A DNA stretch of 64,000 nucleotides from Balanoglossus misakiensis (Eukaryota > Animalia > Hemichordata): NCBI GenBank assembly GCA_040954595.2, contig CM082590.2:9698088-9762087 (forward strand), given 5' to 3'. Both the position numbers and the translations under genes were made by a program. The notes beneath the pieces were generated by a model. It was not told the DNA's origin. It did no database searches and saw nothing but the letters and a program-made list of their open reading frames with translations. This document shows, in pieces, positions 49,989 to 61,623 of the stretch. The stretch's first letter is position 1. Each line of letters starts with the position of its first letter.

Positions 49989-50042
49989 TGTTGAAACAAA
50001 GTTGCAATATCTGCATTGTTGAAACAAAGTTGCAATGTCTGC
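49989..50042. repeat. 28-bp tandem duplication
   Basis: TGTTGAAACAAAGTTGCAAT(A/G)TCTGC at 49989 and 50017. Confidence 0.9.
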
Positions 50043-52377
50043 TGTCCAATCATTGTTTTTTATTTCGTGAGAATTGTGTCTTTGTGTGCCAACTGGTAAT
50101 TGTTCTCCAGACACCTGCGAAACAAATGGTGTCAATTTTGTGAGGTCAAGGTGAGGTCATGCGTTGAAAGATAAATTATCAAAACTAAAGAAACAAAGTA
50201 GCTAATTTTAAAGCTTCATTTGAAGTGGCCAATCAGAGGCAGTGGCGATGAACTAATAAATGTTATTTCTTTCAACACACAATAAATTATTTTTTTAAAG
50301 TATGAGGAATTGCTTTCAGTCATAAATTCATGCAAAGTTGGTGAACAGAATGCTTGGCATTTTAACATGCTATAGGGAGAGAGGAGCAAGAAAATTGATA
50401 CATATAAAAGTGCTGACAATGTAGCAAAAAACTGCAACAAATGGGGTTTTTATTTTCGCAATAGCAGACGGTGAGGATGAAGTAACTGCAGATAGTATAT
50501 AGAGAAAGGCGTCTCAATTCAAGTCAAATTTAGTCAAAATGTTCCCAGTGATTCAGTTGGGTTTTGTGCCCCCTTTCACAGACTGAATCAATTTATTCTA
50601 AACTCACAATGAAAGAATACATACATCATCTGAAACGCCTTTAGTGAATAACCAAAGCTGTCTGAATTCCACGCAGATTAAAGAAACCTTAGAATTTGTG
50701 AAGTCACCGATTTGTTGCAAATGTCTCTCTTTATCGGAAACCTGGCATTTAATAAATGGAATAGTAACCATGGAAATCTGAGAGAGGTTTCACCAAAGCA
50801 GGCTTATTCTTGATTTTATTTTGTGGCATAATATTAAAGGGACAGAGTCGTTGTATTTCGATGCTGGTTTTATTCGCGAGAAAGTCTTGTCCGAATTGCT
50901 AGATCTTTCTGACTCACCAGTCACCAAAGAGGGTTATATATGCTCCCTGGAAAAACGAAATTTTGTGAGATCTAAAACTGTCAGTTGGTTGCTATAAGGT
51001 TGATTGGGGTACAGTAAGGATCGATTGATTGACCGTAGAATCTCTGGAAAACATGTTAGAAGAACATGTGAAGTTTTTCTACGTGTAGTTGAGAAAGTAC
51101 ACAGCTGGTGGTACGGTACATAAGGTGGAAGTTCTGATCGATACCTATCATGTTCACTCTAATGGTCAGTAAATATTGTTACGCTATACACAGTACAATG
51201 TCACTCAATTCACCCATTAGTTCTGGTCAGGCATCTTCGAGGCTAGGGTGCTTAATTTTATTTCTCAGATTTTCAGCTGCAGATCTACCAGTTTGTTCAT
51301 TTAATTTGACCCATCTTAACTTACAATTTAAATTTGACTAGATTAAAATTAAATTAAAATTAAACATTTATTTAATGCATTTATCTTAGTCTAAACTTTT
51401 AAATAATTGGTCGGTTGATTCAATGTCTTAGTGAAATTATGGTTCTATATGCAGTAATCTGTCAGAATAAATTTGAAATTTAATAATTACAGAGTAATAT
51501 GATGTTCAAATATGTGCCAATCCAAGCTCGCACTTTCAAGTGTCGAAGAGCAGTTTATCTACTGGTGAAAATGTTGAATTCGCAATGATTGACTTTCTCT
51601 CAATCCATGTAGTTTCACATAACTGTGCATTCACAGATATCCTTGTACGTTAATTTGAATAATTGTGAATATCTTTGAATATATCTGCATATCAATCAGC
51701 TTCACAAGTGGAGCTTATCAAGTGAATTTGTTCTGGCCCAATGAACTCGTCAGTGAAATTCAGATATAAAATGATTACAACATTTTTGCATAGTGCAGCA
51801 ACCAGAAATTCTAGATGGGTTGGATGAGCTCCATATATTCCAGAACGTTTTTTCCTCGATTCGACGTAAGATAAAGCGTGATGGGATAGTTTTACCAGCT
51901 CTAGTTTAACCCAAATCTTTTCTGCTGTATTCTTAAGTACCGTATGTAACGATAAAGATAATTTTTCTTCCTTGCACATAAGAAATGGAAATGTTACTCT
52001 ACTTAGTGGAATACTGATAAATCTTGATACACGATTTTGAAAAACGGTAATGGTTATAACTTTTAAAATGTCTCATTTAAAATTAGTTGAGACTAATGCA
52101 TCAGTCTTTCTAATGGGTTGTGTTCCATCATTCTGAAGGCAATGCAAATACGTATATCAGTAAAGAGTGCTGGCTGTGTATAGGCTGTACTCAATAATGG
52201 GCTATTTCAACATGTTTTAGCATGAAAGAAAGAAACTACACAATCCTGAATTATTAAAAGTGACAGCTACTTTCCCACTAGCAGAAAATTCTAAGCAAAA
52301 CCGGGACGCACCTGTCTTGTGGTTTAATTGTGGTGAATGTGAGCGTAATTCGTGTTCGATTTGCTGTCAAATGTTAA

Positions 52378-52461
52378 CCCTTTCACCCCCAGTTTCCTCT
52401 TTAGAGGTCCAACCTTACTTAGAAAACAGTGGGTTTGGACTGAACCATGATGGTGAAAGGG
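52378..52461 (+). mobile_element. 84-bp piggyBac-type MITE, intact copy
   Basis: TTAA (52374-52377) | CCCTTTCACC...GGTGAAAGGG | TTAA (52462-52465): a perfect 10-bp TIR with TTAA on both sides. Confidence 0.85.
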
Positions 52462-54371
52462 TTAAACATTAAACAGACTGTTTACTGTGATGGAGGCAGT
52501 GAGTTTATAACAACATCTAGAGGCAAGCCCCAATCAGTGACCCTACGACAAAGAATTCATGTCGGTATTAGATCTCTTTGACCTTGTGACCTCCACTCAT
52601 CAATGATGCCCAGATGCGACATGTATAACCTGCGTGAAGGAATCTGCTTCGCTGCGTTTTTTTCCCGACATTTGGCTTCTCTCATCAGTGATGTTTACTC
52701 GCTGAAGTTACTGTAACCAATAATCACTCTGTATCAGATCCTGTCCAGAAGGGCAATATGTGAAAAAATGTTTTTATTCCTTGTGACAAAAACGCTCTAA
52801 AATTAAAATTTTGTGCATATTGTCTTACACATGATTGCCAGTATAGTCAGATGTACAGTTACATTAAAACAGATCTAAAAATAATAATCACTCTAAGTAA
52901 ACAAATTACAAGATTCAAGAGACAAGTGGAAACGATAATTACAATCCTGTGCAATTCTATATTCCACTATATCATTACTTGGTTGTTGTGCATGTATGTA
53001 TCAGACTGGGATAGTTTTTTCTTCTCATTTATTGGCGAGAATACCATAAAAACATAAAAATGTATCATACAAAATGGGATATTACATTACACTTTATAAG
53101 TCTGGAACAAGAAACTTAAACTTTGGTTGAACACTTATGTGGGTGTTCATCAGGGAGAGGGCAAGCAGATTACAGTGGATTGTGGGATACGAATAAATGA
53201 ATAATTATGCAAATTAGTAAGTCCATTCAGTATATTGTGTTCATTAATTCGTGGAGATTCCACGACAATGTATGTAATATATAGTAGTTGACTATAAACA
53301 GAACTCTCGCATATGTGCAGTTGAGACAACACTCCCCCTTTAAAGATATCGGCGTTTAGCGAAGCGTTAACAAGTCATTGCTCTAGTGGAACAGCGTAAG
53401 AGCCATCATCAGTAACGACAGCCATTCTCTGTTGCCTCATTATTTCTGAGTACCTTCAATAACAACCTCCTGGAAAAAGAAAAGAAAGTTCCGAAGTAAT
53501 ATAAATATAGGCCATGACAGGCCAACCTAATGAAAGTATTCTTTCACCACCTGAGGGCAACTTTATGTTTGATTTGTAAATGTGATCACACTATTTACTC
53601 AGAGTACAATATATCAAACGAACCTGTAAAGTATATCAATGTAATTTATCAGATTATAGTTGACTGATCATATTTATGTCACCAGAGTTCAGACAAAGCT
53701 CAAATGTGCAAAATTATGTTATTATTCTTTTGAGTTACGTGGCAAAGATTAGTGTTAAGGGCAAACTTCATCAGTTTATTGCCAGTACATACAAGTCAGA
53801 TATTTGTAATCAGGAAATGTTTGTTGGTTATCTCTGTCCTCTCGGAGAGGCAAATGAACACATCCATTTATCGGATTACTTGGCCATACCAAGGTTCTCT
53901 TTTGTAGTATGTTCCAGAATTTCAAAAGACGTTTCAAAAGACATGGAAAGCCTTGGAGGATTTGATGATTCATTTTAGTCGCATTTTGTCAACTTTTTGT
54001 TCGTTTTTAATCGGAGGTTACTCACCTGCGACAGAATCAGATTGAAGAATCCTGTCAGTGTCTGCTGTGTAAAAATCAAAATATAAATTAAATTAAGTAA
54101 AACTGTCGATGTTCAAAAATGTGTGTCATTTACTATATTTGTAAAATGAAATCATTAACTCTAAATGGTTGGAAATTAAGTAAATGTGAACAAAATTAGT
54201 GGTGTGATTTTATACAGGTTACAAAGGAAAAGTGAAACATTTGGAAGGAAAATAAGAATTCATGAGATAGATGATGATCTCTCTAAAGGCTTGTTATACT
54301 TTGTATACTCTGTGCAAATCCTTGTGACTGGGAGATTAAAATGATGAGAGTGTAAGCCTTGACATGGTCTC

Positions 54372-54555
54372 ATATTGTTACAAGTGTATCAGATATTGTT
54401 ACATTGTATCATATACTGTTACAGTGTAGCACATAATATTGTTACAAGTGTAGTAGATATTGTCACAGTGTTCCAGATATTGTTACAGTATGTCAGGTAT
54501 TGTTACATTGTATCCGATACTGTTACAAAGTATCATATATTGCTACAATGTAACA
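54372..54555. repeat. Degenerate ~20-21-bp tandem repeat (about 9 units)
   Basis: Recurrent ATATTGTTACA(A/T)(G/T)TGTATCAG-like units. Confidence 0.85.
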
Positions 54556-57500
54556 AGGTCTTGTAGCCAATCAGAGGTGTCAGGTTGTGTAGGACGCCAC
54601 TTGTGAATGCAAAAATGGTGAAATACGATGAAGTTGTGTCAGGATTGTTGTCAGTGTCTGAAAACGAAGAGAATTTGAGAAGAAAGAGGATGTTTGTCTG
54701 GCCTTTTACTTTGTACACATCTTGTGAGTGTCAGAGACTTAAAGTAATTGTGAAGTTTATCATGAAGGACCTGGTGAATGTGACACTTCTTTGATGCATG
54801 TAACCATGGTTATTCATCATACACATCATGTATGATTTACCGGTTTTCTTCACTTCAAGGATTTGTACGATTTATGGGTCTTCATGTTTTAATGAAAAAC
54901 TTTTTGATTCATGATGTGGATACACGTTTATATGCATGCAGCTCGTAGGATATATCGCAGTGTTTTTGAAGTGGAATTCAGATATTCAAGTAGTGATAGG
55001 TTCTTGGGGATTTGCAAAGATTTAGCTGATGTAATGGAGGAAATAGCAAATATATTATACAGGCAACTGGCCATTCTCCACATCAATCATGACTTCTGTT
55101 TCACCTAGTTATTCCAAAAATTGGTATAGTCTTACTGTTTCTATGGAAGGCCGGACCTTTAAACTTGGAAAATGGGGAGAGAGGGTTGATTTCCTGGGTG
55201 CACACTATGCCAACTTTCAATATCAAGCATATTTATGAGAACATACTGTACTTAGATTTTCTTGATATATTTTTATCCAAGGTTGCACACATGCACCAAG
55301 GAGAAACTGAAACGTCTCATGTTTTTTCTTTCGGTATTCAATTTTATAATCATATACCATAGTACCTCCCAGTCATGACTTTTGCACCACCAAATTTTGA
55401 CTGCATTCACATTTGCATCGATGATATGCCATTTAATACCGCCACCAACAAAATCTATCACTGAGTTGGTCAACCGTGTCGGGAGACGGTATCTAAGAGA
55501 CAGAGTTCAGTCGCCAGGCGACAGATTGTCTCCTTAATCAGCCAGGGTTGGTTGACGGCTAACAAGCGGCCATAAATTTGCTTTCGGACATACTAACACC
55601 TGTTCAAGGCCAAATTCAGGCTACTAATCCTTTATGCATTGAAATATTCTATGAATTTTATATCAGCATTGATAACGCTTCATCAGTCAGATCTCCCTGA
55701 CTATATCATGTAGATCAGAAGTGATTGTATAATGTATATGTTCAGTATAATTATCGTTCCTTGGCGCCACCTTCGCGATATGAACAAAAGAAAAACCTGT
55801 CATTGAAATGTCCCACATGAGGGCGCTGATCTATGTTTCCTTTGTTTTTCTGTTCCTTTGCGAAAAGATTTGAGGAACAGTTTTCGTTTTCTTGTTAGCC
55901 TATATAGTCAAAAGTCATCATACAAAAGTTGGCATAAAATTGCTGCACATGAGTATAATGTTCCAGGTAAATTTACAAAGTATTCAAAATGAACTGTCAT
56001 ACAGAAAGTAGTTCTACATAAAGTTATTCCAACTTTTGAAAAGTTCATTAAAAGAAGTAAAGCAAGTGTGATTATATAGCTACAAGTCCGTAGTGAAAAC
56101 ACAGATCATAATCCGGAGATCTTGTGTTGTCTCACGATTCGCCGGTCCCGATCGTTTGATTCTGTAATCATACGAAGGGTATCTTCTGTGGTAACCTTCA
56201 ATTTGTGGTTTCCGGTAAACGTGCTTTGTTGTGACAGCAGCAAATAAGCAATCTGGACTCCCCTTGAAGACGTTCTTTCTTGCCTATCCTATTAAATATC
56301 CTGTCAGAGGAAACTTTGTCAGTTTTCAACCTTTAAACACAGTTGATTGACCTACTTGAAAAGTTTAACAACTTCCTGTACAGTGTATTTTTAAAAAGTG
56401 GGAGAAAACATCCCAAAGGAGTTTCTGAATCAACAGTTAATATAATTAGAGAACGAGATAAATACTTAAAAGGATAAGATTGTTTTCGGACCACAGAGCA
56501 GCATTGTGTCATCACTGATGATAATTGTTGGCTTTGCGGGGAGTGAAGGTCCGACATTCCATTCCAAACAAAGGGATTAACCCCAAATCTGGTGCCAATG
56601 GAGGACTATGAAAGGTTGTTACAACAATGTTGCTATGTTCGTTCGTGAGTCGCAAAGCTACAAAGCGCTTGGACTAAAACACAGATGCGTGTGTGCGTGC
56701 TAAAGTTACAGGTGTACATCTGATCTGCAAAGCGCTTTCACTTGCTGAGTGTCGTATTATGTCCTGTCATGGTTGCTTTACTGTATTGCCGATCGTCGGT
56801 GACAAACGCGATGAATAAAAAAGTATTCTTAAGTTGCGTCCTTGTACGGAGCAGCTCACGTCTTTGTTGTACAATTGGAAAACCACTCCGGACTTATATT
56901 ATTCCGTGTGGCCAAGCAGCCCAATCTTTGTCGTACAGTCAGGAAACCCATTTAGACTTGTAAAGTATGAATGTATGAATCTGACATCACAATGAAAGTG
57001 CGTCGGGACAATTACTTGCCACACAAACAGCGATGTTTAGTTTTCTGCCAGCTAAGCAGGGAGTCAGGCTTCACGACTGTTTGTTCAGGAATCGGTGTGA
57101 AGTGGAAAATGGAAGGCGAGACAGACTTTTGATGTCCCTGGCTTTTAAGAAGCCTTGTGTCTAGACTGGCCAGTGCCAGGGTTCGCATACCAGAGAGTGA
57201 TAGGATCGCTCGAGGACATTGTTTATTTTCCTCCAGTTTTCAGTTCGAAATGAGGACTTAAACATTGGGAGAAGTGAAATTAAGTCAGCATGCCCTAAAT
57301 TTTGTCCTCTTAGCCAAATTTCATGCAACTGATACAAAAAACAAACCCACTAGAAAACTTTCACATTTTCCATCACTTTTTGCTAAATCAAACCCTTAGA
57401 GTACAGGTAGATGTTTAGCTATGGCTGAGACAGATTGTAGGATTATACATAGTGTTACGTACAGTGATGTTTCTTGAAAACATTTGAGTGTAAAATTGGC

Positions 57501-58430
57501 CAGTGTCATCGACCCTTATTGAAGTACTGTGCCGTAATGAAGAGACCTTGTCTCCTTGATTCATATGGTCTATCAGTAATGTCAGGGTTGTGATATTGAA
57601 ACTCAAGGAAACCGATGACACTTTACGTCAGAGAAGTTTTGTTGTTCAGCTTTTTGTGTGTCTGTTTTATGTTTGCTTTTACCTCCAGATAATTTTATCT
57701 GTTTACGACACACGCAGAATTTATATTTTTCCCACATTGATGAAATTTCACAGTTTAACTTCACTTATTTTGGTCCGCAGTCAATCATAAGTTTGAAAAG
57801 CGAAACAACTTTTGTCAAGTTTGGCCAAAAGTTTACTATAAAATAACAGGAGGGTAGCACTTATCAGATATCATCAGAAATTTTCTTTCAATGAAGGCAA
57901 CAATTTTTATTTCAATTTTGGTTGGAAAATATTATCAACTGTTTATTCACAATAACAGGTGGAATGTTTTTTCAGTTGTCTCTACTGGTAACATTTGATA
58001 GTTACTGTCATTGGTTTTAGTGACAGGAAGTTGTGAATATTCAATCGGTGTGACAATATTGAACTGATTGTTTCCAAGGATTCACTGCGGTCATTGTAAT
58101 TTAGAAACAAAAGAGATAGTAGGTGATTAATTCACGTCCATACAGCCTTGGGAGGATTGCTTTCACACTTGAATGAGTTCTAAGCTCCGAGTTTGGGGTT
58201 GGACGTGAAGAGGTGTAATTTGAAAGACAGTGTGAGTCAACCGGGAGACTTCAAAGACTGTTCATTCGGTAACCCCTGAAGTACAATAGCGGTCGTACCC
58301 TTCAAAGTGGACTATTGTATGCGCTGGTCATTGGTGCGCGCTGTCAGTGTCAGTCTTGCCGCATAAGTCATTTAAGTGTCGATCGCAGCAACTGGGTGTG
58401 TGTGTGTATCTGAGACAAGCATCTCTACCA

Positions 58431-58511
58431 ATGCATCTTCAGGATCCGGAAGATCCGCGTATTCCAGACGATCGCATGTTATCCAGGAGAGGTATCTCTT
58501 CCCACTTGAAA
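58431..58511 (+). CDS. Candidate alternative first exon (27 aa, MHLQDPEDPRIPDDRMLSRRGISSHLK), phase 0
   Basis: Donor AAA|GTGAGT at 58512. Upstream are ATTGG (58330) and Inr-like TCAGT/TCAGTC (58344, 58350) in a CpG-rich patch. Confidence 0.38.
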
Positions 58512-59931
58512 GTGAGTCACTCCGTTAAAATTTCCGTCTCTGCATTCCGAAACTCTCAGCATTCCTAAACCAACTTGACCGAGACTTCTGCATAGCTCAG
58601 CTAGTCTATAATAATATTTGCTTCTTTTTTGTTCGGTGAGAGAAATCAAGAGCAGTCATTGAGACATTTCCGAAATTATTTCTACTGTCCGTAGACTGTG
58701 AGTGTAGTCATTTAACTATGTTGAGAACAGTGTAACGAGGGGCAAATTGGCGGTCAATGTAAACAGAATTCTTTCTAAGTATTCAGTTTGCGAATGTTGG
58801 AGCTTGAAACAAAGGCTAACAATTAGCGGATATTGTGTGATGTTATTGTGGCTTTATTATGTTGTGAAAACTTTGGCCGTAATGGAAAGTCTTTGAACTT
58901 GCCTGCTTCTTTTGTGTGCGAGGCAGCGAGTCAATGGTGTTTTCTGAGAGGCTAGGTCTCTTTGCCTCTCATGCCGAGGGTTTTGAAATCAGTTTGCCGC
59001 AGAGACGGAAGCTGGTCTCGGAAACTGTAGTACTTGGACTAATTAGACCGATGGCAAAGCAGTGTTTTGGATCTTCGCTAGTAGAATGTCACTTTGCTGA
59101 CTCTTGCAGCCCTGAAGCTAGAGCAAGTTTGTTTATCGCTGTTTGCTTTCAAAGCATACTTTTGTTTTTCTGTGAACTCCCTAAAGGCGGCCAATAATTT
59201 GAGAGTCACCTTTCCAAACGGTAGTCATCAAATTCAGCATTTGCTCATCGTTGAAATTCTTTGCGTCCGTGTTTCAATTAGTGTGTTTTGATGAAATGAC
59301 AAACACTTGCTTTCAAAACCGAGCCCTGCGGACAAGTTCTCTACAGGTAGGCAGGCTTTTATTATACAGACTGTGATCATTTCTCATGTAAGTTCTTTAA
59401 CTCTGACGGCTGGTGTTTCTAATGGATGGGTCTGTAACAAGTTGTGGCGTGCTTCTCGTCCAATGAATGGAGGGAAATCAATACAAGAATCGCGTCTGGT
59501 CACGGTGTTCTGGCATTTATTGTGCCGGGTTTACAGTTTGCCCACAGGTGGGAGTTTTGTCGAGTGCTTTGCGGTGCTACCCTTCATCGTCTCGTAAAAT
59601 TAAACTAACCAATTTACAGCTTTGGCAAATGCTTGGCATTCTGAAGTCATTCTATGAGAAGGTGTGAGAGATGGTATTGATCGTTACGAAGCATGACTGA
59701 TTTCTTGATTATTAGGTCTGAAATTGTAAATCTTTGCATTCTTTCAAGTTGTACATTTGGAAAGATTTATAACTCAGTCTGAGAGCAACCAGGCGATACA
59801 TTCTGTCAGGCAACAGATGGCAGTCGGGTTTTCTTTACTTTGGAAAGAATCTGTTGTCCGGTTTCTTTTTCTGCGCAATTCTGTAGTCACCTATTTTGCA
59901 ATGGAATATCCCTTTTGTTTTAAATCTGACG

Positions 59932-60024
59932 TTAATACTATCACCCCTGCTACTGCAGTACAGTGGTCCAACCATACATATAACAACAATGGGATTGTAC
60001 TATGTGATTATACTGAAAGGTTAA
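59932..60024 (+). mobile_element. Highly diverged relative of the piggyBac-type MITE
   Basis: TTAA...TCACCCC...GGTCCAACC...AACAATGGGATTG...TGAAAGG-TTAA, with similar length and block order to the other copies. Confidence 0.5.
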
Positions 60025-61609
60025 TCCAGTTATTGGATGGCCAGAAGTTACTGACCCAGGATGATATTATTAAATTGAGAAGTCTTACGTGTAGTCTTTG
60101 CACTGGATAGTGTAATTAACATTTCCAGTTTTGATGTCAAGATTTTATTTGTCAGTGTTGATAACAGAAGTAGCTGCTTACTGCCAAAATTATGACAGAC
60201 TGCTTGTGTTTTACCTTTTCCTAGCATATCTCAAGAACTCTCTCAATGAAAGTATTGTTTTAGTTTCATGCCCTCTTTTTGCAATCTTCCGTTTGTTTGG
60301 AAAAATCGTCCCGGTTTTTGAATGCTGAAAATGTAGGGCGCATCTCCGGGGAGTGTCGCGCCCCTCCCAGTCGTTCGGACAATATGGTGACAGAAGTTGT
60401 TGTTCGGGATCATGGCTTCACAACTGAGATATCAGAGTCTGATTAAAACTTATTGTACGTTCGGTGAATGAGACGGAATGTCAAAAGAAGGTCGGTCATT
60501 GGAGTTCGGACGTTCTTTTTTCTGTTGGTGAAAGCGATCCGGACAGAACTGAGGTCAAGTGTGTGAAACTGGGTCTGTGTGTTGATGGTCAATTGTCACA
60601 CGCAAAGATATTGTAAATTAAGTGACTTGCGTTGAAAATATTGGGTTATTTTACTGTAATTAAAACGGAATCATATTATTGGCTATGATTAGTGACAGAA
60701 AGTTTATCTTTGATAACATTTGCAAGACAACTGAAGTGCTGGATAGATTGAAATTACAAGTATGGGAGCCAAAAGACTGTTGGTCTTTCGATACTCCTTT
60801 AGAACATTACCACCCAGGCTGCTTAAGAGCAAAACGGACAATATTGGAGGTCTTTCTCGAGTTCTAAGATGCTTAGTTGAATTAACAGACACACACGGAG
60901 ATCACAGCAGGGGATTTTGTCTTACCTTATTGAAACCTTGCCACAACCATAGAAATCTTGTATCAGCCATGGGAATATTGTCTTGTCTTTGGAAATCGGT
61001 GAGATTACAGAGAACGAACACCAACAGAGATACATGGACTCCCTGCGAGGTCTTCTGAACGCGAACAATTCTCATCTGTGAAAAGAGAAAGCTGTTTTGA
61101 AACCTCAGTGGTCTGATGTGTTTTTATGTATTAGAGAATTTTGTTTTTACTGTTACGATAGTGTGTTGTTGTGACGTTTTACGGCATAGGAATTATAGAC
61201 AGCAATTAGGTGTGAAAAAGTGAGAGAGTAAAAATAGTAGTTCTAAGAATTGGACGTTGGGTTATGACTGGGATTAAACAGTAATTTTTTAACCATACTG
61301 AAAATTAAATGACTTCAAATATCTTGAGAATTTTCTGTTACTGTTGCTGGGATGAAGAAGTTCATAAGAAAGTTTGCCAAGCGTTAAGATTTATCACCTG
61401 AGAAAGTTTCAGACAACAGACCAGTGGTGCAGCACCACTGACAATTTCCTCAGACAAAAAAACGGAATTTTTCATTTGTCAGAAATATTTACAAGGAATG
61501 TTAACTCATAGTTTTCATGTCACTGTCAGATACTTCTGCTGTTGTTTGCATATAATTGCCAAAAATAGTTGGTTAATTTGCCGTAAAATCGTGCGATCAG
61601 CAATTGTTC

Positions 61610-61623
61610 GTCTCCTTGGCAAC
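61610..61623. promoter_or_regulatory. RFX X-box-like motif
   Basis: GTCTCCTTGGCAAC fits the GTNNYY-NN-RRNAAC consensus. Confidence 0.4.

Noticed and set aside
50834-50860. TTAAAGGGACAGAGTCG and the inverse-like ACTTTGTCCCTTGAA (about 1237) as Kolobok-type transposon ends
   Set aside because: These are isolated single ends with no matching partner nearby, so the evidence is insufficient.
53327-53342. Minus-strand polypurine tract plus TGTTG (AAGGGGGAG-TGTTG) resembling an LTR retrotransposon PPT/LTR junction
   Set aside because: No second LTR, TSD or gag/pol remnants were found nearby.
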